The position numbers were made by a program, and so were the translations under genes. Under the pieces are notes generated by a model, which saw only the letters and a list, made by a program, of their open reading frames with translations, made no database searches and had not been told where the DNA came from. A stretch of 64,000 nt of DNA from the sequence record OZ035810.1; one strand, 5' to 3'. Each line of letters starts with the position of its first letter. Positions within the stretch are counted from its first letter, which is position 1. This document shows, in pieces, positions 28,721-39,588 of the stretch. Origin of the DNA: Gamaleyavirus AN24P2.

Positions 28721-29517
28721 TAACGTTTACCGAACAGTGATTTACCACCAGCAGGAGTAGTACCTGTGCCAGCACCTGGTTTAGGAGGCAAGCCACCTTT
28801 GCCATTACCACCAGCAGAACTCTTGGTCTTGTCGCGAGTTTTGCCTTTGTTCTTTTCTAACCATGCTGCATAGAATACTGCCAGTTCCGGGGTCAGTTCT
28901 TTCTCAGCCTTCTCTGCTTCCTGAGCCTCAACGACTGTGACCAGCAGTTCCGGGTGAAACACTTTCTGAATCTCGTTTACTTCACGAGTTTCACCGGAGT
29001 CAACGTAACCATTGTCACCTTTAACCTGCTTAGCTTCCAGAATCTTTTCCAGAGCAAAGGTAACGGTCTGTCCAACCAGTTCAACTGGAACCATGACAGA
29101 CTTATTAACTTCTGCTTTAGCATCGAAATCGTAGACTTTAACAATCTTCTCTTCGAAATCTGCTTCAGGCAGTTCAGTACCAGTTGCCATCAGCATCATG
29201 TCATTAATGGCAGTGTAGCCAGGCAGGAAGTACTCTTTACCGTTCTTCTCGTAAGTTGGCTTGTTGCCTTTAGCATTACCGGAAGTGAAGTACACCTGAG
29301 CACGAAACTCACCAGCAGGTACACCATCTGAGTTCTTCAAGTCTTCAATAATTAACTGCATCCAGTCTGCACCGGAGTCAGCTTTACCTACATAAGCTAC
29401 TTTTACAGTACCGGTGTAGATATCTGACTCCTTTGCACCGAAGCCACCACCACCAAGGGAGTCTTTTACAGCTTCAACGTTTTTGGTTTTTTCTTTCAAG
29501 TTACTGAACAGGGACAT
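28720..29517 (-). CDS. single-stranded DNA-binding protein (N4 SSB-like, putative)
   Basis: 265 aa; Gly-rich segments and basic Gly/Pro-rich C-terminal tail; position in replication block. Confidence 0.5.
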   Translation of the reverse strand: MSLFSNLKEKTKNVEAVKDSLGGGGFGAKESDIYTGTVKVAYVGKADSGADWMQLIIEDLKNSDGVPAGEFRAQVYFTSGNAKGNKPTYEKNGKEYFLPGYTAINDMMLMATGTELPEADFEEKIVKVYDFDAKAEVNKSVMVPVELVGQTVTFALEKILEAKQVKGDNGYVDSGETREVNEIQKVFHPELLVTVVEAQEAEKAEKELTPELAVFYAAWLEKNKGKTRDKTKSSAGGNGKGGLPPKPGAGTGTTPAGGKSLFGKR

Positions 29518-29557
29518 AATATTTTTCCTAATAAGTGATTAACAACCAGGCAAACGC

Positions 29558-30310
29558 TTAAGCGTAGTATTCAGCCAGATGGTCTAAGAGTTTCTGGGCA
29601 TCATTATCAATGTAAGTCTCAGACTTATCGAACATACCCATTGGGGAACGCAGACGTTTACCAACAGACTTCTTGGTTGGGCGAGTCTGGAATACGTGCT
29701 TATAGCCTAAGTCACGTTCTTCTTCCGTAATTTCAAGCATCTTGTTGCCATACTTCTCCAGTTCTTTAATGTCTACACGCTCTGCGTAAACCACTGTAGA
29801 GAAGTAAGCCTCGAGGCCATTGTTCTTCAGAGAGCCTTTCACTGGGATAAATGTTTTAATCACACCAGCAGCTTCGTCGAGTTCATCTTTGGCATGAGCA
29901 GTAATGATTACTGGCTTACCAAACTTAACAACTTTCTGTTGCAACAGTATCTTAAAGAACTGTGCAAAATCCCCCCATGCTTTCTGGGTATTAGCAGATG
30001 GCAGTACATACTGGGATTCCAGCATATCCATCATGAAAGTAGCAGAGTCGATAATGATACCATCAACATCGTCTGCCATTTCTCCTCCTGGGGATGCAAC
30101 ATCAAACGCTTCCCAAATCTGATATGGGTCTTCAATGTTGTAGGTATTAAATTTGTTACGGAAAGGTAGACGTTTACCTGCTTCTGTATTCAGATAGAGC
30201 CAGCGTTCCTGGTTCCTGATATTACGTAATGATGCTGATTTACCACTTGCTGAGAATCCTGCAATCAGGATTAGCTGAGTGTTCATATCATTAGAGATTT
30301 CTTCGGACAT
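29558..30310 (-). CDS. P-loop NTPase (RecA-like replication/recombination ATPase candidate)
   Basis: Walker A GFSASGKS and Walker B-like IIIDSATFMMD. Confidence 0.5.
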   Translation of the reverse strand: MSEEISNDMNTQLILIAGFSASGKSASLRNIRNQERWLYLNTEAGKRLPFRNKFNTYNIEDPYQIWEAFDVASPGGEMADDVDGIIIDSATFMMDMLESQYVLPSANTQKAWGDFAQFFKILLQQKVVKFGKPVIITAHAKDELDEAAGVIKTFIPVKGSLKNNGLEAYFSTVVYAERVDIKELEKYGNKMLEITEEERDLGYKHVFQTRPTKKSVGKRLRSPMGMFDKSETYIDNDAQKLLDHLAEYYA

Positions 30311-30366
30311 TATTTTTCCTCGTTTAATTTAGGAGTCCTTCAAACCAAAGAAAGACTCCTGTTTAC

Positions 30367-32577
30367 TTATTTGCCAGCGTAGCGTTTAGCCACGGTGACC
30401 ATTACGGTTGCATTCAATTCATCATCTGGTAATGGATTAGCCAGTTTCTTATTGAATGTATGGACGGCTTGCTGTACTTGAGCAAAGTCCCAACCACTGT
30501 CCACTAACGCCAGTGCGTACTTAATCATTTGATTATTACGATTACCGGAGGCAATACGACTAGCGAACCAACGCTCCAGGTTATCCAGTGACTGTACTTC
30601 CTTCATCTGGTTCTGGAACTGCTCGTTTTTACTAGTACGAGGAATAAAGTCACGCACGTCCAACAGATTTGCTTCAAGATTGTAATGATAAGAACCAGTC
30701 TCACAGGACATCCACTTCTTAGCTCGTTGGTTAGCTGACTCATCCGTTTCAAATGGTAGCCAAGCCATAACGTTATTCATGAACTCTTTATACTCCTCAG
30801 TGTCGAGGTGTAACTCATAGTTCATTGGAATAATCAGACGGAAGCGGTTCTCCTCATCAGTATGACGCTTGGTAGTATAGGTCATGAACTTATATTCCTT
30901 CATCAGTTCATGGCACGTATGCAGAGGTACTCCACCGTCACAATCAATAACAATCATGTTAAATCCTGGGATAACGTTCTCTTCGGAACGATGCCCATTC
31001 TTCGTGTGATGGTTTACCCAGTGCATACCGGGAGCTTGGGTTAATACATGCAACTGGTCGAACGGTACGCGTTCACCAATGTAGTCATAAGCAAAGCTAT
31101 CACTATACGCCACAATCATCTCATTGATGTCAGTCTCTTTAAGAGTCTCACCTCGGAAGAACTCAATACCCTCATTGAAGGTCTTCTTAATGATGATGTG
31201 CTGTTTGTAACCCCATGCAGTAGCAAGAGTCATCATCTCATTGCGAGCTGCATTACCACTCTTATAGAATGGTAAAGACTCTACCAAGTCGGCATGGGTT
31301 ACTTCTTTACCTACAGAAGCAATGTACTTAGCCAGCTTCACATAAGCTTTCTCACGATTGAGGATTGTCTGAAATGCTGCTCCAGATTCTTCTACAAGCA
31401 GAATTGCTTGTTTAAGGTGAGTCATCTCAATGAATGAACTCTGGTCAACAAATGCCAGTGCACCTGCCAGCTTAAGTGCTTTGAAATAACGATGGGAGAT
31501 TTCAGCCTTACGAATTTCTTCGTGGTCAGCCATAGCTTCTGCTTGTTTCTCACAATCAATTTTGTAAGCAATCAGAGCAATACCCACTGCATCTTCTACA
31601 ACCATCCTAAAACCAAACAAGTTTGGGTCAGCCAGACTATGGAAATGGTTAGCCCACTTACCAAGAGTCTGTACGTTATCTTGTTTAATCAGGTTACGGT
31701 AGATTTCTTCTGGGGTTAGTGTTGCATGTGCTCTCTTGTCTAAGTGACCAGTGGCAAACAGACATCGACGTGCATACCCTATATCAAGAAAGCCATAGAA
31801 TTGGTCCTCAGTCTGACCACCATCCAGTAGCTTACTTGGTGTACCAAACAGCAGCAGATTGGTTGGAGTTTTACCATCCAATTCTTCGCCACGAATGCTT
31901 TCAGCAGTATTCTTGGTTAGCTTTTGTTTTACTTTCCCCTGGTCATACAACTCCAGGAACAGGGTTAGTACATCCATGTTAGCCAACAGGTTTGAACCAA
32001 TTTCATCAATCTGAAGATTGATTGAACCACACCCAGCCATTAACAGCTTATGGCGTAGTTGTTTAACTGCTGGTGGAGTACCTGAGTCAAACGTAAACGG
32101 ATATGCCCCGGCACGTTTATACTCTGCTTCAACTTTATCAAACTCTTCCTGTTGGTCAGTACCCTGACGAGCAGAACGTTCATTAGCAATTTTCCACAGA
32201 CGGTCATTTGCAATGACGGGCATGGTGTCTTCCATAAAACGTTTACGGAAGCCAGTCATGAACCCGTCTTCGATAATATTTACTGAGTGACCTTTACCGA
32301 AACCAGACGTAGCCAACGCTATAGCGTAGATGTTTACCGGCAGGTCACCACGGTCTTTAGTTACAATGGTTGCACCCATGCAGGATGCCATTTTAGCCAA
32401 GAAATAGGCTACTTCGACACGGAAGAATCCCCTGTCATTATTCTGGGTTTTATTGCAGAGCACATCTACGATTTCTTCAATCGCCTGATGATGCACTACT
32501 CCGGTAAGGTCAATACTCATGATGTAAAATATCTCTCTCTTTGTTTGCAAATAGACGCGACAGGGCAGTACAGACAA
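30367..32577 (-). CDS. putative DNA primase (large replication protein)
   Basis: About 720-736 aa ORF in replication block; alternative ATG at 32520 overlaps upstream stop as ATGA; C-terminal IVIDCDGG motif. Confidence 0.45.
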   Translation of the reverse strand: MSVLPCRVYLQTKREIFYIMSIDLTGVVHHQAIEEIVDVLCNKTQNNDRGFFRVEVAYFLAKMASCMGATIVTKDRGDLPVNIYAIALATSGFGKGHSVNIIEDGFMTGFRKRFMEDTMPVIANDRLWKIANERSARQGTDQQEEFDKVEAEYKRAGAYPFTFDSGTPPAVKQLRHKLLMAGCGSINLQIDEIGSNLLANMDVLTLFLELYDQGKVKQKLTKNTAESIRGEELDGKTPTNLLLFGTPSKLLDGGQTEDQFYGFLDIGYARRCLFATGHLDKRAHATLTPEEIYRNLIKQDNVQTLGKWANHFHSLADPNLFGFRMVVEDAVGIALIAYKIDCEKQAEAMADHEEIRKAEISHRYFKALKLAGALAFVDQSSFIEMTHLKQAILLVEESGAAFQTILNREKAYVKLAKYIASVGKEVTHADLVESLPFYKSGNAARNEMMTLATAWGYKQHIIIKKTFNEGIEFFRGETLKETDINEMIVAYSDSFAYDYIGERVPFDQLHVLTQAPGMHWVNHHTKNGHRSEENVIPGFNMIVIDCDGGVPLHTCHELMKEYKFMTYTTKRHTDEENRFRLIIPMNYELHLDTEEYKEFMNNVMAWLPFETDESANQRAKKWMSCETGSYHYNLEANLLDVRDFIPRTSKNEQFQNQMKEVQSLDNLERWFASRIASGNRNNQMIKYALALVDSGWDFAQVQQAVHTFNKKLANPLPDDELNATVMVTVAKRYAGK

Positions 32578-33497
32578 CGCTTAACCTGCCCCTCCACGAC
32601 CTTGATAGCACCCTTGCCACCTTTCTCAGCCATGAAGATACGAGCAGATGCCATATCGTCAAAGTTTTTGGTACTTCTGGCTCCAGGCACATCTACCTTA
32701 GAAGCATCAGAGAAGTATTTGAACTGTGGTTCTGTTCGCCACAACTCCTCGTCAGTACATTCAGGGATTTGCTCTTCAGGAGCATCCCAGTACTTCTCAA
32801 TGAGGTGAATCTTTTCTTCTACCCAACGTTCAGTCTTCTCGACAGATAGCAACGGAATATCCTTATGCATAATACGATTAGCAGGATAGTTTGGATTGCT
32901 ATTAGCCATATGCTTCATGAAGTCAGTGAAGATGTAGTTAATACGAATTACATCCTCGGTAATGATGTCGTTGTGAATCCAACGGTACAAGCTGCCTTGC
33001 ATCTTGTGTTCATCATCACGGGAACCAGCAACCCAGGAATAGGTTGAGGTAGATTTGAAGTCTTGCAACAGACCTTCTGTTACGATGTCGAACTTACCAC
33101 CAATAGTCCAACCCTTAACTACTCTGGTTCCACGCTGTTCAATGTAGATTGGGATAAGGTCTGGATTAGCATCAAAGTCTGCTTTGGTTGGGTTAATGAC
33201 TACTGCATCAATGACTCGCTGAGGATAACCCAATTTATTCAATGCAGTTTTATGGCCCAGCTTCCAGGCTTTCTCGATAGAATCATGTAAGCCAGTACCC
33301 ATTGATGTGGATACGAAATCCATAACATCAATTGACTGGTCACTGAAATCTACACGATGTTTCATGACTATTTGCTTAAGTGGCTTAAGCAGTGTGGTAG
33401 CAGACAGATACTTAGGATTGTCTACGTAATCATACTCATCGTGTAGTAGCCATACAGCCAGGGCCAGTGAGACATCATGGTTATTGGTTATCTTCAT
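32517..33497 (-). CDS. PD-(D/E)XK-type nuclease with C-terminal Cys cluster (putative exonuclease)
   Basis: 326 aa; GKFDIVTEG...QDFK segment and C-terminal CLYCPVASIC. Confidence 0.4.
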   Translation of the reverse strand: MKITNNHDVSLALAVWLLHDEYDYVDNPKYLSATTLLKPLKQIVMKHRVDFSDQSIDVMDFVSTSMGTGLHDSIEKAWKLGHKTALNKLGYPQRVIDAVVINPTKADFDANPDLIPIYIEQRGTRVVKGWTIGGKFDIVTEGLLQDFKSTSTYSWVAGSRDDEHKMQGSLYRWIHNDIITEDVIRINYIFTDFMKHMANSNPNYPANRIMHKDIPLLSVEKTERWVEEKIHLIEKYWDAPEEQIPECTDEELWRTEPQFKYFSDASKVDVPGARSTKNFDDMASARIFMAEKGGKGAIKVVEGQVKRCLYCPVASICKQRERYFTS

Positions 33498-33970
33498 TAG
33501 TAGGTAATCCTATAACGATAAATATCTGCCCAGTTAATAGACAGCAGCTGTGGTTCCTTTGGAAAGCATGTGTAGGTTGTACAATGGTTTTTGTACTCAT
33601 AATCAAGCTTTTTCCACTTACGCATGAAGGATGGTCTTTCGTTACTGTAAACCCAATCCGTATTGGATTCTTCCAACTTAACTACTTCACCACTATCCTT
33701 AGAATCAAGGTAAGCTTTAGCAAGTAGACGATTAGCGTAATGAACAAGCTTCTCACAATCATACACTGGAGTATTTCCAGGTTTACCATTACCCATACGG
33801 GCAGCAGCATTTCGCCATAGAGCTTTAAAGGCACAACCTTCATCGAAGGTCATGCCCAGTGCTTGGATAATATCTTCACACTCTGCTTGGTATGGCTCCT
33901 GCTCTTTCCGTTGGGGGTTCTTAACCGGTACTACATACCAGTTATTTAATCCACCGGAGAGCTTAGTCAT
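33497..33970 (-). CDS. hypothetical protein
   Basis: 157 aa ORF, start overlaps upstream stop. Confidence 0.45.
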   Translation of the reverse strand: MTKLSGGLNNWYVVPVKNPQRKEQEPYQAECEDIIQALGMTFDEGCAFKALWRNAAARMGNGKPGNTPVYDCEKLVHYANRLLAKAYLDSKDSGEVVKLEESNTDWVYSNERPSFMRKWKKLDYEYKNHCTTYTCFPKEPQLLSINWADIYRYRITY

Positions 33971-34275
33971 TATTCCCCCTTGGGAATCATGTTTGCTTGG
34001 AACTCAGGTTCAGACATCAGACCCAGGTTGTTAATAGACAGATAAACAATGTCTTTCAAATCAACCGAAGTGTCGAAACGCTGGTCCAGACTAATCTTCA
34101 AGGAATGATTGGCACGGGCCAAGTCTTTATAGGTCACATGAGGTTCGTCAGTGAGCAACATTGTGTTCATGGTAAGCAGAGAGCCATCATCCACTTTAGG
34201 AAGCTGGAAGATTACCTGTGCTGCTATCATCCAATGATGTTTTCTGACGACGGTTTCTTTAGTACTTTTAGTCAT
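33970..34275 (-). CDS. hypothetical protein
   Basis: 101 aa ORF coupled to DNA polymerase gene end. Confidence 0.45.
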   Translation of the reverse strand: MTKSTKETVVRKHHWMIAAQVIFQLPKVDDGSLLTMNTMLLTDEPHVTYKDLARANHSLKISLDQRFDTSVDLKDIVYLSINNLGLMSEPEFQANMIPKGE

Positions 34276-36851
34276 GCGAATGCCTTTTGAATTGTTTGAT
34301 GAACTTCTTCTGGGGTAGCGTGATTTGGAATTTCAATCTCGTTAGCCCACGTTGGGTAGAACAAGGATAGTTCCCCACCCAAACCAACTTCTGGATGAGC
34401 AATATCAGGATGGTCTTGCCAGTTAACAGCCTCAACCAAGTGCTTGTTCGTATACTGCAGGGTATCCATGTTGTCACGAATCATGAAGTATTGGGCATCA
34501 TGAATGTGAATACAAGGGCGTATATCTAACCTGAACTCACTGGTTCTGACTTTACGCATAAACTCTGAGCCAGCACGGTTATTCAGTAGACACCAGCTTT
34601 GACCTAATGCATTACCAGCAGTCCTGCCTTCAGCTTCTGCTTCATACGGAGTCTTACATGTCCCACGTAAAACCTGAGCCAGTAAAGGAGTACGCACTCT
34701 CAAACCAAATGCAGCAGTTACATAACCAGTCTTAGCAGCTTCATCTAGCTTAGCCTGAACCCACATATCACTAACTACATAGAGATCGTGATAACGTTTC
34801 TCTGTGAGCTTTGCTTTCTCTTCCGGGAAGCCACAGTTTTTCATTAAGCCCATATAAGTACCACCATAGGTAAGCAGGAAGGTTGGAGCCTTCGAGTCAC
34901 TACGTAATGATTTGTACTTATGCTGAATGGAGTTAATAGATTCTACAGTGTCTTCTATATCTGGCATCTGCTCACCGAAGTAAGCATACGCACGAAGACT
35001 GTGCCCATCATAGCCATCGGTATACACCTTAAGCTTCTGTGGGTCTTTGGTAGTTAAAGCTGAGATACGGTCTTCAAGGCTTGCAAAGTCCAGTCCACAA
35101 AATATCCAACCTGGTGGTGCTTCGAAGCATTTCTTAATCTTCTTGGCGTATTTGGAACCACTGGGGATGGTCTGTAGATTAGGCTCGGACGCTGAGAGAC
35201 GTCCTGATACTGTGCCTCCAAGATTGAGGTTACCGAACAGGTAGTGCCATCCATCTGGTCCAGGTTGTGCATTACGGAAAGCTGGGATGAATGAAGTGAT
35301 AATCTTATCCACGAGCTTATAGTCGATAAGTGCATTGAGCAGTTCCTTAACATCTTCACTCTGCGTATGTGTACGTAGTGCTTTAATAGTGTCACCGTCA
35401 GTAGCAGGTTGCTTGCTCTTAGTAAGACCAAGAACCGGTAAGCCGATATAATCAAATAACAACTTCTGTAGTTGTGGACCAGAGTTAGGATTAAACTCTA
35501 TGTCACAATCAGCCAATGTTACCTGCTTCTTCTTAAGCTTAGCATTCTTATCATCTACCCATTCCTGACGAAGCATCTGAGTGAAGTTCTTCATGAGATT
35601 GGACTCACGAATAGTTTTCAGAGCCTGGTTCCTGTCAGTTTCCATTTCTTCAGCTACTTGGTTAACGGTTTCCATATTCATGGGCATACCGGTTAACTGC
35701 ATCTGAATAATGTCTTCACAGGCTGGTTTAAAGATGTTGTTATAAACATCTAGTTGGTTATCAGCTATCAGGGTATCCCAGTGCTTCTCATAGGTGTACC
35801 AAGTACACAAACCGTCAATGAGGTTGTAACGTAATAGCTGCTCATTAGGAATAAGACGAATGTCTTTAATGTCATCCTGAGCATAGTTACCAGCATATTC
35901 CTGAGCCTGGTCTTTCAGACTAAGGTGATTGCCAGCACAACTGTTAGTAGCCAGATAGGTAATTAACTTAGTACAGTCCCAGTTACGAAGCATAATGTCC
36001 ATGCCATGCAGCAGTCCTTCTGTATCAATCAGGTTATCCATAAATAACTGATAGATAAGTATGTATACGTCATAGCTAATGTTGTGATACATCTGCCGTT
36101 GAGTGTACTTAATGAAGAACTCACGTAACAGGTTTCGAACAATATCATTCCTGTTGATACGCCCATAGGGTGCTTCAGTAGCACCCTTAATTGGCTCGTA
36201 GTCCACATTAAAGGCTATGCCTTGTGTCTTACTCCAACAGAACGTAATTGTTCCTATACCTGCGTTATAGTGCTTTAAACCGAATGCTTCAATGTCTATA
36301 GCCAAGGGCTTATTCATCTCAAGCAACTGGTCTAGCCAGGCTTTAATCTTCTCTGGAGTATCCGGATAGGCTTCAAACTCAATGATTCCCTGACCTGGTT
36401 CAGCATACTGTCCTCGTATGTGGTTAAGCAATGCATCCATACCTTGAGCAATCTTGGCTCTCACTACAGGTGGGTCATAAAAGACCTGTCTGTAGTTAGG
36501 CGTATAGATAACCTTCTGTTTACCCCATACTGAGTCACAAACATAGCCTAGGTTGGCCTCTGCTTTAGCTTCTTTAGTCAGTATTTTGAAGTAATCAGAA
36601 TCGGTACAGATGATGTACTGAGTCTCTGCATCATCCAGTACTTGTTGCAATTCCTGCTGTATGAACTCCTTAATCTCCCTTGCAGGAGTCTTCTTCTTGC
36701 CAGGGGCAGAATGAAGCTCAATGAAGATGAAATCTTCCATGCTTAGGTCATAAGGCAGCAGGTAGGTTTTAATCATCTCCTCCCTTCGGATTTGATGACC
36801 AAGGATAGCAATAGGATACTTACCCGTATCTTGAGAGGTGATGTAACGCAT
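34272..36851 (-). CDS. DNA polymerase, family A, with 3'-5' exonuclease domain
   Basis: 859 aa; exo motif AIDIEAFG; Pol A motifs LDFASLEDR (motif A), RSDSKAPTFLLTYGG (motif B), IHIHDAQYF (motif C). Confidence 0.85.
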   Translation of the reverse strand: MRYITSQDTGKYPIAILGHQIRREEMIKTYLLPYDLSMEDFIFIELHSAPGKKKTPAREIKEFIQQELQQVLDDAETQYIICTDSDYFKILTKEAKAEANLGYVCDSVWGKQKVIYTPNYRQVFYDPPVVRAKIAQGMDALLNHIRGQYAEPGQGIIEFEAYPDTPEKIKAWLDQLLEMNKPLAIDIEAFGLKHYNAGIGTITFCWSKTQGIAFNVDYEPIKGATEAPYGRINRNDIVRNLLREFFIKYTQRQMYHNISYDVYILIYQLFMDNLIDTEGLLHGMDIMLRNWDCTKLITYLATNSCAGNHLSLKDQAQEYAGNYAQDDIKDIRLIPNEQLLRYNLIDGLCTWYTYEKHWDTLIADNQLDVYNNIFKPACEDIIQMQLTGMPMNMETVNQVAEEMETDRNQALKTIRESNLMKNFTQMLRQEWVDDKNAKLKKKQVTLADCDIEFNPNSGPQLQKLLFDYIGLPVLGLTKSKQPATDGDTIKALRTHTQSEDVKELLNALIDYKLVDKIITSFIPAFRNAQPGPDGWHYLFGNLNLGGTVSGRLSASEPNLQTIPSGSKYAKKIKKCFEAPPGWIFCGLDFASLEDRISALTTKDPQKLKVYTDGYDGHSLRAYAYFGEQMPDIEDTVESINSIQHKYKSLRSDSKAPTFLLTYGGTYMGLMKNCGFPEEKAKLTEKRYHDLYVVSDMWVQAKLDEAAKTGYVTAAFGLRVRTPLLAQVLRGTCKTPYEAEAEGRTAGNALGQSWCLLNNRAGSEFMRKVRTSEFRLDIRPCIHIHDAQYFMIRDNMDTLQYTNKHLVEAVNWQDHPDIAHPEVGLGGELSLFYPTWANEIEIPNHATPEEVHQTIQKAFA

Positions 36852-36860
36852 AGCTTTACC

Positions 36861-37391
36861 TTAGAAAATCAGATGGGAAGCTGCATAGTACTCAATAGAA
36901 GGAAGAATCTTCTCATACTGTTTGATTGCCATAGCATCACCAGCAAGAGTCCAGGCTGCTTCACGAGTACGTGGCAGTTCCTTGTACTTACCAGTTTGGT
37001 CCTGGGCTACCAGACATTCAGGTAAAGCATCACGTACATCCTGATAGGACATACAACCCCGAACCAGGCGATATACAGTCTGGTTCACAAGGTGTACTTC
37101 CATGATCAGACGACTGGAGGCTTTCAGATACTTGTCTATTGCAGGCCATAGTTCTGGATTAAGTGTTAATCGTTCACCGTAGGTTGGGGGTCTGGTAGCA
37201 TTAGAACGCTGATAGAACTCCCCTTGATAAAGGAATCCAGCCGATACATCAATACCATTGATACGGTCGTTCTTATCAATGATACCGTTTAACACACTAT
37301 CAAGACGAACCAGTTCTGCTAAGAACAGGTGTTTGACTATCTCACTGCTATTGGCAACCTGACCAATAGTCGTTGAACCAATCTGAGGCAT
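36861..37391 (-). CDS. hypothetical replication-module protein
   Basis: 176 aa ORF between helicase and polymerase. Confidence 0.45.
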   Translation of the reverse strand: MPQIGSTTIGQVANSSEIVKHLFLAELVRLDSVLNGIIDKNDRINGIDVSAGFLYQGEFYQRSNATRPPTYGERLTLNPELWPAIDKYLKASSRLIMEVHLVNQTVYRLVRGCMSYQDVRDALPECLVAQDQTGKYKELPRTREAAWTLAGDAMAIKQYEKILPSIEYYAASHLIF

Positions 37392-37401
37392 ATATCCTCC
37401 C

Positions 37402-38712
37402 TTAGAAAGTTAGACCACCATACTTACTGGCAAGATTGCCATAGAACACTACTCGCTTACGTGCACGAGACACAGCGACGTAAAGCAGACGGGCAACCAT
37501 ATCAGGTTGGCGACAGCTTGAGAGGTCATTTGCATCAATGAAGATTGTGTCGTAAGTAGAGCCTTGTGATTTATGGACAGTACATGCATGAGTAGCACGC
37601 AGATCTGGAATGGTTTCTTTAAGACGGAAGTAAGGTTCCCAGTTCTTCTCTTTACCCAGCCACTTAACCAAGCGGTTAAAGTAGTCTGGGTCAGTAGGTA
37701 CTGGAACCTCACTTACGATACCACCATAGCCAAGGTCAAGAGTACTATCACGAACTTCCAGTTCCAGGTCACCTGTAACCTTAACCATGCGAGTACTACT
37801 ATCCTGGTCAATGAGTTTTACGTCTTGCTCAATAGACAGACGATTATCCACACCTAAGCGAACAGCAGAGTTAGATACTAGTTGTTCACCAATGGAGTAC
37901 TCACCCACGTAGCCATTGGCTTCACGAATGTAGTTATTGTAATTAATAACCTGGTCATTTGTGTAAGCAACAATACGGCTATTGGTGGGTTGAGTGAAGT
38001 GACTGAGAACCAGTTTCTCCATCTCTTCCCCTTGTACCCAGTCAATGATGCCTGGAATACACTTAATAGGCAGGAAGCCTGTCTTACCTTCCACCGTATC
38101 ACGCAATTGCTGGTGCAATGCTTTGAGTTCCGGTGCATCGGTACGCATCTGTTCAGTCAGATAGTGTGTTGGGATATTACCTGCATATACCGGAGACTTA
38201 TTCTCTTTAACAGGCAGAAGCTGAGAAGCATCGCCTACGAATACCAGCTTACACTGGTGAGTGCCTTCACGAGCATACTTAAGTAACTGACGGTCAATCA
38301 TGGATGCTTCATCTACGAAGATGATTTTGTTCTTCTTAATATTGAATGATTTGGACGGTACGACATTAGCCTCGCCAGTCTTAAAGTCATTCTTAACAAT
38401 CAGTCCCTGGAAGGAATGATAGGTAGATGTTGGACGTCCAGTAGCCTGAGCCAGAACTTCAGCAGCTTTGTTCGTGGTCGCAGTCATAACAACCTCGTTA
38501 TACAGAGGCTTGGTTCCCATAAGGGAGCAAGTTTCCATATATGCAGGCATAGTGTCATCAATGAGGTGCGACATCAGGAATGTCTTACCAGTACCACCTG
38601 GGCCTGAAATTCCAAATTCGGTAGCATTAGGGTCGAGCAGGAAGTCGAAGAACTCCTTCGCAACCGCTTCTTGCCCCTTGTTCAGTGGGGCTTTGGTAGG
38701 TTTGGAAAACAT
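37402..38712 (-). CDS. SF1 DNA helicase (RecD/Pif1-like)
   Basis: 436 aa; Walker A GPGGTGKTF, Walker B IIFVDEASM, C-terminal VAVSRARKRVVFYG. Confidence 0.7.
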   Translation of the reverse strand: MFSKPTKAPLNKGQEAVAKEFFDFLLDPNATEFGISGPGGTGKTFLMSHLIDDTMPAYMETCSLMGTKPLYNEVVMTATTNKAAEVLAQATGRPTSTYHSFQGLIVKNDFKTGEANVVPSKSFNIKKNKIIFVDEASMIDRQLLKYAREGTHQCKLVFVGDASQLLPVKENKSPVYAGNIPTHYLTEQMRTDAPELKALHQQLRDTVEGKTGFLPIKCIPGIIDWVQGEEMEKLVLSHFTQPTNSRIVAYTNDQVINYNNYIREANGYVGEYSIGEQLVSNSAVRLGVDNRLSIEQDVKLIDQDSSTRMVKVTGDLELEVRDSTLDLGYGGIVSEVPVPTDPDYFNRLVKWLGKEKNWEPYFRLKETIPDLRATHACTVHKSQGSTYDTIFIDANDLSSCRQPDMVARLLYVAVSRARKRVVFYGNLASKYGGLTF

Positions 38713-38723
38713 TAAAATCTCCA

Positions 38724-38748
38724 GTAAAAAACCCTCCGTAGAGGGTTA
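38724..38748 (-). terminator. rho-independent terminator
   Basis: accctc-cgta-gagggt hairpin with A-run on + strand. Confidence 0.5.
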
Positions 38749-39213
38749 GATGTAATGGGTTAAATCCGGGGGAGTGTAGTCTTTCCCTTTCATAACTTTC
38801 TTATTCTCATTAAAGACAGGTTCTCCATCTTCAAACTTAGAATAGTTTGAGCGATTGACCTCAGCCAATGCTCCGGGGACATTCATCCCAAGGAAAGTAC
38901 CGACGCCAGTTGCTGTAACAATCTGGTCAGCCAGTGAATCCAGAAAAGCTAAGCGATTGCTTTTTGCTGGGAAGATCGCCATGTGGTTTGTTTTCATCAG
39001 CAGTGATAATTTACCCAAAGCAGCCTGTGCATCGGCTAGCACTTGTATACTTTCCTCACAGGATGGGGTCAACTCATCTAACATTTCACATACTTCTTCC
39101 AGATGGCAACCAATCTGGGTACTAATGTTCTTACTCGTCGGATTTGCTACTGCTTTCCGGAACCAGGCTTCCGTATTTGCCAGCGTACAAACGGATGAAC
39201 TTTTCATGCTCAC
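38746..39213 (-). CDS. MazG-like nucleotide pyrophosphohydrolase (putative)
   Basis: 155 aa; HLEEVCEMLDE resembles MazG E-x2-E-x3-E/D metal motif; start overlaps upstream gene. Confidence 0.35.
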   Translation of the reverse strand: MSMKSSSVCTLANTEAWFRKAVANPTSKNISTQIGCHLEEVCEMLDELTPSCEESIQVLADAQAALGKLSLLMKTNHMAIFPAKSNRLAFLDSLADQIVTATGVGTFLGMNVPGALAEVNRSNYSKFEDGEPVFNENKKVMKGKDYTPPDLTHYI

Positions 39214-39526
39214 TCTCTTGGTTAAGGCGGCGATTATTATATGCCTCCAGAATCAAGTCTCTTACATATGAGCGAATCTCATAAGCAGGGCCAACTTGTT
39301 CTGACAGCCAATCAGCCACATGGGTTGGTAAAGGACGTAATACGTTTTCCATGAACGTCCGACGTGTGTCGGCTGGTTCAATATTTAAAGAACGCAATCG
39401 CAGAGTAACTGTAGTGGGGTGAACCCCCAACGTCTTAGCGATAGTTGCGAGGGACAGACCAACAGCATTCATACGAATGATGTCTTCATCAGTTGCTTTG
39501 CGATTACTTCTGAATACTTTAGACAT
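39131..39526 (-). CDS. HTH DNA-binding protein
   Basis: 131 aa; LSLATIAKTLGVHPTTV helix-turn-helix-like segment. Confidence 0.5.
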   Translation of the reverse strand: MSKVFRSNRKATDEDIIRMNAVGLSLATIAKTLGVHPTTVTLRLRSLNIEPADTRRTFMENVLRPLPTHVADWLSEQVGPAYEIRSYVRDLILEAYNNRRLNQESEHEKFIRLYAGKYGSLVPESSSKSDE

Positions 39527-39588
39527 AGCTTATTTCCTCTTCAAAGATAGCCTCACTTTATTATAAGTGAGGCTATTTGAACAGGCTA

